A stretch of 53,823 nucleotides of DNA, the filler included, from Sluysia triapertura (Eukaryota): NCBI GenBank assembly GCA_046118255.1. It is 4 parts of 4 records of this genome, joined end to end, with 100 filler letters (N's around TTAATTAATTAA, not from the genome) between each part and the next. Parts side by side here need not be neighbours in the genome. Positions count along the whole stretch, not along the records: positions 1 to 14,041 come from JBJNIA010008214.1; positions 14,142 to 27,116 come from JBJNIA010067510.1; 2 more parts are not named here. One strand, given 5' to 3'. The notes under the pieces were generated by a model, which saw only the letters and a list, made by a program, of their open reading frames with translations, was not told the DNA's origin and ran no database searches. Both the position numbers and the translations under genes were made by a program. Of this stretch, positions 13,390-25,330 are shown in pieces; the stretch's first letter is position 1, and every line of letters starts with the position of its first letter.

Positions 13390-13755
13390 AGTAAAAACAC
13401 AGCAAACAAAGATATTGCCGAAAGGAAAATTTATGGCAGATCAATAGAACACGTTGAAAATTCTTCTAATATTTCTTGGATGATACTGGTATTAACTTAA
13501 ACAAAGTAAGAAACTATGGTTATTCTCCACAATATCCAGTCATTCAAAAACGTAAAAGGAAACATAAGTTGTATGGTTGTCATAAAAATTTCAATTACAT
13601 TTGAAATAAAAGATGGGGCATTTTATGGCGACTCTGTTTGGACTTATACTAAAGTGTCAAAAAATGTTCTTAATAATATTAATAACAATAATGATAGAAA
13701 TTCCCCAAAATATTTATAACAATTGTAGGGAGATCACATAAAAACATTTCACATG
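13390..13755 (+). mobile_element. IS630-Tc1-mariner (DDE_3-type) transposase relic
   Basis: Frameshifted translation: ERKIYG...FLDDTGINLNKVRNYGYSP...GNISCMVVI...EIKDGAFYGDS...GDH. This resembles the FLDETG/YGYS/GxNIS/DGAFNG/MDN motifs of the family. Confidence 0.75.
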
Positions 13756-14041
13756 TACGCAGATTATTAAACAAACTGCTAAACTCATTCAAAAAACAAA
13801 CATAATCATCGCCATAATTATCATGAACTACAGCTATTATTATTACAATTCAAATCGTATTAAAATATATATAATAATTGTAGTCATTATTGTTATATAA
13901 TATGATTATCAAATAATAACTTTTATAATAAATAATAAAATAAATTTCATATCAACATCAACAATTCAGTATTAATAAACATGAAAACCACGTTATTGTT
14001 ATCATTATTATTTCTTTCATCCTTATTATCATTCTTTCTTC

Positions 14042-14141
14042 NNNNNNNNNNNNNNNNNNNNNNNNNNNNNNNNNNNNNNNNNNNNTTAATTAATTAANNN
14101 NNNNNNNNNNNNNNNNNNNNNNNNNNNNNNNNNNNNNNNNN
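14042..14141. other. Assembly linker/gap
   Basis: 44 N + TTAATTAATTAA (stops in all six frames) + 44 N. Confidence 0.98.
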
Positions 14142-15819
14142 ATACAACATCTCAGTAAGAGAGTTGTGTAACTTATTTTATTTTAACAACACCTTAATAA
14201 AAGGGTTGTGAAACCTAACTAAAATCACAAGATTTAAGTGAACGAGTTGAATTTATTTAGTTGTGATTTAGTCTAAGTTACTTAAATTTAAAATCCTAAT
14301 AGTACGTCTCCAGAATTGGTATAAAACGTACATATTAGGTGAACTAAATCCTCGGATAATTTGTTGATAAGTGTCAGTTAAATTATAAAAAACATCAGCG
14401 TTAAGATCATCTTGAGAAGCTTCAGAGGGAATGTTAGAATAATTTAATATGAATGGCCGATCTTGTGATGTATTATTTGATTCTTCTAACTGACGCCTGA
14501 TAGTTGTTTGTGTAGACAAATTCGAGTGAACAACAGTTATATAAAAGATAATTTTTTTACTCAAATTCTTGTTCATTGCATCACTGACCAAATACAACAT
14601 ACTATTCAGAAACATTGGATGTACTATCAAACTTTTAAGATATACGTTTCTTTAATGACAATCGAGTGTTTTTTTACTTTAAAATTGTTAACTTTTAATT
14701 TTTGTTTCTCTAACTTTTTTAGCATTTAAATGCGCTACAATTATGATGAAAAATTCAACATTTGTGATAATCATTATATTAATGTTAATTTCATTTTAAA
14801 TTTTATGTCTATGATTGGAGGTCCAATCAAGACAACAAAAATATCGATTAACAACTGGCTGACAGTAAATGTACATAATAAAATGCATTAACTCAGTAAG
14901 CAACTACCATCTGACGACAGTTAACAAGATAGCCTGAATTGATTTTAACTAAACTGTCGCCTGATGATAGGCTATATAATGAAAAATGTTAATAATTAAA
15001 ATTAATAATAATGAATGTAGTAATGATAATGATAATAAAATTACATTAAAATAAATAATAATTATAATAATACATTTTAAATTGATAAAAATAGTAAGAT
15101 TAAGAATAATAATAATTATTCTTAAAATAAAATAATAAGGTAATTACACAAAAAAACATAAATATCTTTAATTTTTCTTCTTTAAAAGCTTTTTAAAATA
15201 TTTGTTCTGATTATTATTTTCTGTGAAAAAGACTTAATGCTATGATGATGAAAAAATGAAATGTGAAAAGAACTTATAAAAGAATGTTTAAAGGAACTAA
15301 TACATAAGTAAAGGTGTTAAAGAAATTCCATTTTGATTACAGCGTTTAAAATGATTTTAAAATGTCAATTTAATGTTCTTCAATGATATTAATGGTTGAG
15401 TTTTGAAGGATTGTGAACTCGAAATGTTTTGGATTAATTAAAATTGTACGTTTGATGATTTTCGATGTTCAATATGATTTTAATGTTATGAAATAGTGAA
15501 TTTAAATGTTTTAAATTGTCGAAAATTTTAAAGAATTCTAAAGAAGGGAAATATGAAATATAATGAAGTGTGATTTTTATGTGCAGTGTGGAATTAAAAT
15601 TTTAAGATATTAGGTTGGCCACCACCATAAGAATAAATTTAACTTTATCAAATCACACGAGTTTTATTAATTAATTATATATATAAAATCTTTATAAGTA
15701 CACAATCACTCTCTTAACTTAGTTACAAACTAGGTGATAAGCTTTTTTCAAGATATGCATCCAAGAGCCGAAGTTAGTGCTTTTTTACCTATAGTTTTTC
15801 ATTTCATGCTCGATGTAAA

Positions 15820-15980
15820 TGTTGGGTTAACGGCCTAAAAAGTGACGTGTAGTATAATTGAATATATTTTTAAAAAATGAAAATGTTAGACGGGGCTGAT
15901 AGCTCAGTGGTAGAGCATCGACTGCGCAGACGATGGTCCTGGGTTCAATCCCCGGTCATTCCATTTTACGAAGTCTAACA
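15820..15980 (+). mobile_element. tRNA-containing TG...CA mini-element (solo-LTR-like), copy 2
   Basis: Starts TGTTGG and ends GTCTAACA, with a perfect 4-bp duplication TAAA (15816-15819 / 15981-15984). Internal TGTTAGAC (15884-15891) is a perfect inverted repeat of the right end. Encloses a full-length tRNA-like sequence. Confidence 0.85.
15893..15963 (+). tRNA. tRNA-derived sequence (pseudo-tRNA, Ala-like scaffold) with Pol III A/B boxes
   Basis: Acceptor GGGCTGA/TCATTCC (one mismatch), TAGCTCAGTGGTAGAGC D arm/A box, CTGGG-TTCAATC-CCCGG T arm/B box, discriminator A, then TTTT. The anticodon arm is non-canonical (mismatch, 6-nt loop), so it is probably not a decoding tRNA. Confidence 0.75.
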
Positions 15981-16366
15981 TAAACAAACAAGTTCTATTA
16001 TCGATCTAGTAACTGTCCCTATTTTTCTTCTACAATAAAGTCAACTTCGTAATCGAGTACTTTTGGATTAATAATTTGAAATAATAATTTGTAATAATAA
16101 TAATAATAATAAACCTTGGAGCTCTTAAATTTATCATATATATAAATATTTGGTTAAAATCTATTCGGGTTTGTTGTTGAATTAAATCATCTCTGAGGTC
16201 TGGATCTAAAATTAAATTAATCCTAAAAATTATATTAATAATAAGAGTTAAATTAAAAATAAATAAAAATTAATAATGAAAAGTAATAAATATTAAAATT
16301 AATAAATACAAATAAAAATTAATAAATAAGGATCGTAGGCCTGCTAAAGATATAAAGATATAATTA

Positions 16367-16600
16367 CAGTGGTGGCCAAATTATTAGACTAAAGACAATT
16401 TTTGTGATAAATATACTATTTTTATATTGAATAAAATGCAAATAAATAAATGTAGTAAAATTCTAGAATCGAACTAAAGCACGAATGCTGTATTAATTTG
16501 CATTGTTAAAGTGAAAATATCAATTAAAGAAAATATCAAATATTCCAAAATGTGGCAATGCTAAACAATAGAAAAACGTGGATATATATACATATTTTAA
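16367..16600 (+). mobile_element. Tc1-like left terminus (orphan TIR)
   Basis: TA followed by CAGTGGTGGCCAAATTATTAGAC, a typical Tc1-type TIR start. No partner TIR seen; right boundary arbitrary. Confidence 0.5.
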
Positions 16601-16949
16601 AAATTTAAAATGTTCTAAAAATAAATAAATTTAAGTTTCATTACGAATTATATAAGAATTATTAGCTCATAAAGAGTCAAATAAAAAGTGGATTCTCTAA
16701 CAAACAATACACTCAAAATTAATAAAGAAAAATCACTAAAAATTTAATCAAATTACAGTTTAAAATTACAAAATGAGATTCCCTATGTTGCGTCTTTGAA
16801 AATTACTAGCTATGATAACTCAATATTATTTTAATTAGCTTAAAAAGAATCTTAAAAATTTAAGTAGTTACTATATCGAGTACAATGTTTCAGTAATTCT
16901 CTTATTTAATATCAATAATTGTTCACCCCAAAATTAAGCCCTTGAAAAT

Positions 16950-18200
16950 CAAATCAAAAATAACACAATAATTTACTATTAAACAAAAATCAAATATAAT
17001 TTATTATTATCACGAATCTCTACTAAACAATATTCAAACCGGCTAAAAAGGCAAAATTAACAATAACGTTTATATTAATACTCATGACACTACAATATAA
17101 CTAAAGAAACCAGGAGTGAGGCAACAAACATTAACAATCTGGTAAGTTAAATAATAACATTGCTTATTCATTTCCAAATAATCTTAACCCAATTTAATAT
17201 CGGTTAATTATTATATATATAATAATTTTGAGCAGGGATCCTCCTAAAAATCAAATGCATCACTATCTAAAAAGATTAAGAATTAAAATAATAATAATTG
17301 TATTTTTCCAAAATAATCTCGCAAAAAAGTAAATTTGAATCTAACTATTATAATCAATATAATCAGTATTTCAAATATATTTTTATTTTAACTACTCTCA
17401 CAAAATTTTGGACGGGGATCCCCCAATAATCAAATGTATTAATGACTAAAGAGAGATTAAGAATAATAACCAAATACATATTGAAATAATCACCTAAAAA
17501 AATTAATATATTAAATTAACTTTCAATTAAAGGTTTTCTCAAAAAAGAAAATTTAATTATTTTTATTTTAATTCTAAAATAATAAAAATAAATAAAGACA
17601 TTACTGCATGCATGGATCTTCAATATCGGTAGGATTGAGTGATTGTATGATTGTGTGATTTTGTTGTAAAAATTTAGAAATTTTTATTTTATATTCTCTC
17701 ATCATCCAATCAATTCCCAGTTTCACAACCAAACACTCTGTCACACAGATCATCGAAACCTCTTTGAGAATTAGGCCGACAATAACAACTTTGACAATTA
17801 CATGGTAGGGTCTGTCAAACTTTATTATGTACAAAACATATAAATCTGATTTATTATCAACCATTAATTCCTTTTACTCTACTCAATCTAATATTAAAAT
17901 AACAATCAACAATATTATTAACAAACATAAAAATAATGAATTTAATTTTACTTTTGAGAATTTAATTAATTTTCTATTTTTCACACCCAATTTTCTAATG
18001 AAAAATGTTTTAAGCGAACATTTTTCTGAAGCGAACCATTTTACAAACACTTTGAACGCACTTATTGATTCTCCTCTTTCATAGCAATCATCTCAAATTC
18101 AATTCATCACATTTGCATTACTCTAAGTATTACAAATTCATCATTCCATAATTAAAAATTAATTAAAATTTGACTTTGCTCAATATTAAGGCTTTCCTTG
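16950..18200 (+). repeat. Copy C of the large repeat family
   Basis: Matches revcomp of ~10300-9230 (AAACCAG.AGTGA, duplicated G(A/G)C.GGGATCC.CC motif, CTTTGACA.TT.C.TGGTA) and then 150-281. Lacks the tRNA mini-element found in copy B. Confidence 0.8.
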
Positions 18201-19801
18201 TGCTGGGTGTTTTTCTTAACCTAAAAACCTAACCTACATCAAAATAGTTAATTATTATGAGTCCGTTTACAGTATACGATTTACTAATGGCGTACCTGTA
18301 AAAATTACGTGAAAAAAATTATCAAAATTGATTCGTACAAAAATATTCTTTGCCTTAACTTAACGATAATCAGCAAAATCGTCAACAATTAACAACTAAA
18401 TCTAAATCGCTTAAAAAATAATCAAGACCAACGATAGTTTATGGAAAATCAAATGATAACAATGGTCATGCCTTATGTCTCCAAATCCTAATATAGTGAC
18501 CGTAAAATTTTATAATTCTTGTATTAACTAACTACCAAATTAAAAGACTATATGTATATATATTAAAAAAAATGCACAAATATACAACTTTTAGTAACTT
18601 TTATTATACAAAAATAAAATGCAATTAACACAAAGTATTATGATAAACTATTAAAATTATTAAATAATGTAAAATAATATAAAATAATACAAAAATTATA
18701 ATAAAAACAATATTTGAATTATAATAAGGGTCTAGCCCGAAAGACTCTACCCTGCAATAACTATTTTATAAATGACCTTAAGGACCAACTAAAGGTCTAA
18801 GATTTTATATTTTAGAGTAATTTTACGATTGGCCTTAATGACCAACCGTGAAAAATAGTATTTTACGTGTATTTTATAACTCTACTTGAAGTTAATAACT
18901 TATGGAAAACAAACTTACTATTAATCAATAAGCGTGGATAATAGAATTGTTTCTTTCTAATAAATCGTGCTATGAAAGATAAAAAAATCGTTCCCTCTAA
19001 TCGAAGACGCGGGACACGATATAACCACTTTGATTGATAATTTGAAAGATAATCTAATACCAAGATGTTTGATTATTGATTTCTGCCAATGTTGATTGTA
19101 AAATGTATACTACAAACCCGATTGAGTAAAATGGCGGAGTATTATCTGATGGCTGCTTTATTTTTCAAATATGGCGACTTGTAATTGAAATTGTAATTGC
19201 ATATGGCTTTGTTTGCTTTTTATATCGTCATAAAGATATTTTTTGAAATTTGATACAATTAAATAACTTTCTAGAAGTTTCTTTTTAGGTCTTTTTAAAA
19301 TTATAATAATAATTTTAATTTTGTTATAATTAAATTAATAATTTTTTAAAATATATAAATTTTAATAATTTTTATAATATTTTTTAAAACTACACAAACA
19401 TAAAAAAATTAAGAAATATAAAATTATGTACACCTTTACACAACCGTTACTAATACCTTGACCCGCTTTTAAAAAATGCTTTTCATACATACTTATCCGT
19501 CCTTAAGTGACAGTCCATAAAACGGGTACTAATACTCACCCCGCTTATAATGTGTTAAAATCATGTATGTTAATTATTATTAATAAATAATTAAAATTAA
19601 AAAATTTTAAAACATGTTAAAACTTTTTAATAAATTCAAAAATTCACCTTATGTAATAATATTTCTCTGAAAAATTCACATATAATAAAAAAATCTACAA
19701 AAAAATATATTTTTACCTAAATAATCAGGAAAAATATTTTTTACTAACATGTGAAACATTTTTCATTATTAAAAGTGTTAATATAAAAATAATTATTATA
19801 G

Positions 19802-20006
19802 TACTTTTCAACCTTATGGCGTGTCATAGGTTCATTTCTTGTACTTCTTTTTGGTGAATACATTTCAAGTAAATTTTTTTTACTATATTTTAATTTATAT
19901 ATTTAGTGTTAATTGAAATATGGTTAATTCCAGTCATTGTTGGCTTTTTCCTTTATATTGCTCTTGGTATACTAGTGCCTACTATTAGTACTGAAAAAGT
20001 ACCAAG
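19802..20006 (+). pseudogene. ZIP (SLC39)-family zinc transporter fragment, two exons
   Basis: Exons 19802-19868 and 19907-20006 joined across a 38-nt GT-AG intron give YFSTLWRVIGSFLVLLFGEYISMLIEIWLIPVIVGFFLYIALGILVPTI, resembling the ZIP WILPFTAGGFLYIAL..V.P segment. Other ZIP motifs (HExPHE) are not visible nearby. Confidence 0.55.
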
Positions 20007-21069
20007 GTTATTTTAAACAATAATTTTATTTCATATCTTAGTTATGTATTAAGATTGTGTCCAAGAATATTAAATTTTATGTCTAGATAAAGTGAAATAT
20101 AAATAAAGTATTGTTCAACTTATAACATTAAATTTCTCTCATTTGTCATTTCTCAGTCAGACTACAGCTTTTCATAAAAAATGCAAATACAACATACGCA
20201 CATCAGCACACACACAAAAGCATAAATCCATGGTGTAAACATGACTAATGAAGTTCGTGGACAAAACACTTAAATTAAAGCACACACTTGATTGCGGCTG
20301 TCTAGAGAAAACAGATATCTAAAAAGTAAACTCTTTACTTTGCAATATAATTTTCATAAAGTAAAAAAAAGAAAAATAAATGTTCAATCGAATTTTTAAG
20401 CGTAATATTTTTAACATTACAAATATTAAAAAGTAACCAATGAAAATCTTTAATGTAAACTTAATGAGTTTTACAAAATCATTGAAAATTGAAAATTGAT
20501 TTTAAAATAAATTATTTCATTTTGATTTATTGTGAATGAAATTTCATAAGCAATATCGCTTATTGAATAATTACTATTTATGCATAATTTATGATGTAAT
20601 TTAAAATCTGGAGATTTTTGAACATAATTTTTAATCATATTTTGATTAATAATATTGCATAAATTTTAACAGTAACAATTTTAATTTAAAAGAATATATT
20701 TTAAATGATAAATATTTTAAGTAATCTTAAAATAATTTAATGAACAACTTAAAAGTTCTAGTATTCTCAGTAGTTTCAGAGAGAAAGCTTAAAAATCCAA
20801 AATTAAGAAATTGTTAACCTCATAAAATTGTAAAAAAGTAATAAAACATTTTACAAAAGAATAGAAACACTTTAAACGTCGTTAAAATATTAATAATATA
20901 TTTCACTTTACGATATCTGAGAATATTCAAACATTCAGCAGATTATTTGAATTTTAAGTTTTTTAGAATGTTTAAGCAAATAAAAGACGACTAAGATTTT
21001 ACAAAGAAAATAAATTAATATTAACAAAATAAGTACTTCGAAAAATTAAGAAGAATATAAAGAATGCAA

Positions 21070-21150
21070 AAATAGAATTAGAATATAGAGTGCAACTCAC
21101 TGTACTTAATTAGCAAGTCAAAAAAGAGCACCGTACGAATGAAAGTACGT
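21070..21150 (-). mobile_element. Highly degenerate fourth copy of LINE family B 3' end
   Basis: Revcomp reads TTCGTACGG...AGTACAGTGAGTTGCACTC-TATATTCTAATTCTA, similar in order to the family B hairpin and tail. Confidence 0.3.
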
Positions 21151-21186
21151 GATCTTATTAAAATAGAAATAAAAAAAGTAATATTC

Positions 21187-21403
21187 TACATTTTTGCCAG
21201 CGTCGCATATATGCGATGTATCAGTTCTCGCTTTTGATCCAGGCGTTGCAAATGTGTAGCGTGTCTATCTTATCAGTTTTCGATAAGATGTTGCACTATT
21301 TTTTGCAGTTAAAAAATCCAATGCCATTTAAAGTCATTTCATAAGAAAAATTTCCGTGACCTGTGATGGAAGATTTTCTTCTCAAGCTCCAGTAGCGAAG
21401 ATG
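21187..21403 (+). mobile_element. piggyBac-like MITE, copy 1
   Basis: Right end GTAGCGAAGATG+TTAA matches the reverse complement of the left end TTAA+CACGTTCGCTAC of the 44030 copy. Internal sequence shared with 44030-44163. Confidence 0.65.
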
Positions 21404-22129
21404 TTAATTGACCATCATGCTGAATTGCAAAAAGAAAGTTTTCCTAAAACAGTCATAGTTTCAATATAGAAAATATACGGTTTTATGAAATAATTGGAAT
21501 TATATTTAATTGAATTGGATTTCGTATTCTATAATTATTGAACATTTTGCGAATGTTTTCATAATGCTGCTTTTTATCAAAGTAAACATGAATTTTGTAC
21601 TAATATGTTCACATTTTTAATTGTTTTAAAACTTTTTTTTAATCCTTTTTTCCATATACGGTAAAACCAGATATGCCGAAATATAATTAAATGAAGAAAA
21701 ATTTTCTCGATGATTTTGACATTTATAATATATTATTGTTTCATTAACTCGACCAATTCAATTGTGGCTACCAAGTTTATTCTCAAGTGACCATGTTCCA
21801 TTTTTCGATTATTCGTATTCATTTTAAATAAACAGTTGAAAACGTAATTGGTTAATGTTTAGTAATAATTTTCATCTCAAAAAACAAAAGCAATTTTAAA
21901 TTTTTATTGTTAGCAAAACATGATACATTATAACAAGTGTCTGATAACATTGTATTTACATGAATCACTTTTTCAATTATTAAAAATAATTTAATAATTC
22001 TCATTTATTCACAAGTAGATACATATGTTGCTTTATTTATTTTACTAACAATTGCACCTAATCTAATATACATTTGCAGGGTTATAATATAATTGAGGTT
22101 TATGAGTTAATAAAACTTTTGAATTTAGT

Positions 22130-22930
22130 GATATCTAGTTTCAGGTAAATCATCCAACGATGGAGTGATCAAGTGATCAATATATAATCTAATTTATTAT
22201 TTACACTTAATTTACAATTGATTTATTTACATTATGAATCCATTCGAAGTCAATAGTTATTAATGGTTGTAATAAAGCCCAATCGCAAATTAGTAATATC
22301 TATGTATAATAAGCTAAAATTATTATCGGCTTAAGCTTAATATTTGTTAACAAAGGTTATTTCATTTTCGAAATAAGTTAAAACCAGTAAAACTCATCTT
22401 TTGATTTAAGTGCTGATGCCCAACTTAAACCAAGTAATAACTGGATATAACTTATTTTCATTTGTGATTTCAATAGAAATTCTGCAAAAATGTCCAATTA
22501 CAATTTAATTCTTGCCACATTTTAGTTATCACTTATATCATAATTCCATTTTAGCGGTGAATATTTAACTCATAACTCGCCGCTAAAAATTCTTAATCGA
22601 CTGTTTGATGGCAACACAAACAAAGTTATTCTGTCAAAAAAACGTACTACTAATACTTCTATTACTACTGAATTTCGAATAAAAAATGACGTATTACTAC
22701 GTCAACGGCCAGTAATTAGTTAATATTTTATAGGGCACCGAGTAAGATCAGATATGTGATATGAAATAAATACCTTTTAATTTAGTTCACTATTTGATAA
22801 TACTTTACTAGTGAATAGTTTTCTATAAGCAAATAAGGCTCGAAATTTCCCAATTTATTAATTTATCCAATGAATATTTTAATACCTGATGAATGTCATC
22901 AATGCAAATTGTGATATACTACAAGTAAAG
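22130..22930 (-). pseudogene. Possible axonemal dynein heavy-chain N-terminal (DHC_N1) relic
   Basis: Heavily frameshifted peptides in the expected order: W..VVIRHFLFEI, WQELN, LYPVIT/GLSWASALKSK (cf. PPVAGAIxWxRxL), EWIHNV, ETRY (cf. ETKYL). Coding-like sequence may extend to ~23400. Confidence 0.4.
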
Positions 22931-23779
22931 TCAGGCGAATTTTCTACTTAAATTACATTTAGTAGATGCATATATTTAATATCATTAATATTTGATATTG
23001 ATAATAAGACAACTGTTTCATTTAATCTTATTTAAAAATTTACTATGCCTATATTGTAGAAAACTGTGGTATTCCGTTTTTGTACTTACCAATAATAAAC
23101 TTGCAGCTAATACTTAATGTCTTTGTTGATGCTTTTCGTGTGGTGGTAATACAGGATCAAAATCTGTGTAAATAGATATGATGGTGATATTAATTTAATG
23201 TGATCATTTAATTCATATCAAGTTGCATGATGTACCTAGTACTATCTTCAAGATATTTACTGCATAACTTAATATTATTATTATTAAATGAGGTATAAGT
23301 CCTAATCCTCTTAAACAATCTGTACACCATTTACACATTATTAAAATTATTTCTATGTAATATATCAAATGGATTTTTAGAAATATTGGCATCATCAAAG
23401 ACTATTTAAAACATAAATTATTAATAACATGATAAGTCCAGAAATATTGCAGTAATGAAATATAACTCCTACCCAAGTGCTGCCTAAGTCTGTGTATACT
23501 TGTATTTTTACATTTATTTAATCGGCTAAAAAATTTATAAAATCTTTATCGTACGACTTATCATTCTTTAATTTCACTGCCCTTACTTAACTTAGCCTTA
23601 GCTCCTACTTGGATTTTAATATTTCTAATTTTTTTAATTTTTAATTTCTTTTAGTTTATCTATCATTTCATATCCTTAAATTAAAGCTTACAATTTGATG
23701 ACTTTCTTCCTTAACTTTGTTCCAGTTCATTAATTTTTTTCAATCTTTTTGGTTGAGAAAATAATCTTTAAAATCCTTT

Positions 23780-25330
23780 AAAATGGAATATTTGAAAGAC
23801 GAACTAGATGGTTTATTTTGCATGAAGTAGAATTTTGATCGCATTTACAAGTTATAGTGGTGCTTTGTCGAATAAAAATAATTCTACCAAATAAAATGAT
23901 AGATTTTGATTATAGGTAGATGATGCAGAATACCAATGACAATTACAAACTGTTTGCGGTGATGATTTTTCATGATTTGCCTAATTTCTTAGCAATATTG
24001 TTAAAATTTGATAAAGCATTTAATAAAGCATTTAAACCCTTGCCCATAATTATATTACATCACCAAATTCTAACTTTTAAAATATTAAAATCATCAGTTT
24101 CTTAAATAATCATCATTTTCACTTAATACTAATAATTTTCAACTTCTTAAAAATATCAAAATTAATTAACCTCTTCATTATTATTGTTATCTCATCATCT
24201 GGTACTTATATTACCAAGTGTTTTATTTTAAATTACAATTTCTGTCAAATATATTAATAATATTCCACAGTTTTTGCAACAATTGCTTCGAATTAATATT
24301 AAAGAATCGGAATCATTATTTTATCCAATTGGTCTTCAATCAGCATTTGATAAAGACATACATATTGAAAGAGTTTGATGGTATTTTGAAATTGGATCAT
24401 AAAACTACAATTAGACTTAATTTTAGCTACAAAATTAGATTATGAAAGCTGAATTAAACAAATGAATAGACGCTTAGTTGATTGTGATGGTGAAAATCCT
24501 GCAAAATGTGGCGAACAAATTATTCAGCTTCATATCATGTATGTAAACGGTAATTCCCATAATTTAAGACCAATTTCAGAAAATATTCGTCTTAGTAATC
24601 ATTCAATTTATCGTTATATTGCTGCAGATAAAGATTCAGGATTTTATGAATTTAGTTTAAAAACCAGATAATATTTTCATTTTGTTTTAATTTGTTTTAA
24701 TTTAATATTACAAAGAAATACATGTTTACGATAAATTAAAAAATATAAAATTTGTTTTCGAAACCGTTAGAGCATATGGTTCTAATCTGAAAACAATGCA
24801 TTATTGTGATGTTTTATGTGGCGTGCGTCAAAGTGAACTGTGATCTTATAGCAAATTTTGTACGTTGGGTTAGTTAAAACAATACGGTTAATTGCTTATC
24901 CAGAAATTATAATCTTAAAACAACGAAATGAAAGTATATTAATATTAAGATTGCGAAAACTATTATATACATTAATAAGATTTGTAAATCATTGCGAGAA
25001 TTTGGTCAAAATTTAAATAATGGGTCACCTTATAGTGAATCTCATCAAAGAATGCATATATTAACAATAGTTTTCATTTTCCAGGAATTTAGCATAAAAA
25101 GAAATCATAACATGCCAGAATCACGTAATATATCGAAAAAATTCTAAATACATCAGCGAATATCTTTGTTTATCAATTTTGAATTTTCTGGAAGTTTGTG
25201 CAAACATTAGTAAATATTGTACGATCTCGTTTATACTTATTCAAACTTTATATTGTTTTCCAAGATGAACGTATTAATTTTGAATTTACTGCTGGATTAA
25301 CGGTGTCAATATTGGTTAGGAAATAATGTA
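23780..25330 (+). pseudogene. Cadherin/protocadherin ectodomain relic
   Basis: DG...FDR, NTNDN, DGENPAKCGEQIIQLHIMYVNGN, and ISEN...YIAADKDSG (cf. AxDxDxG). Multiple stops and frameshifts. Confidence 0.65.

Noticed and set aside
14086-14097. TTAATTAATTAA palindrome recurring three times inside N runs
   Set aside because: Artificial six-frame-stop linker. Adjacency across these gaps should not be treated as biological.
14268-14630. 120-aa ORF next to the gap
   Set aside because: No recognisable motif; a product cannot be supported.
15893-15963. Functional tRNA gene
   Set aside because: Anticodon arm cannot form a canonical 5-bp stem with 7-nt loop; it is embedded in a TSD-flanked element.
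18721-18750. GGG-TCTAG-CCC-GAAA resembling hammerhead stem II
   Set aside because: CTGANGA box absent (ATAATAA), and no stem I or valid stem III.
18863-19160. Possible PIF1/Helitron helicase relic (ILVLDY...RLR)
   Set aside because: No convincing Walker A or GDxxQL motif.
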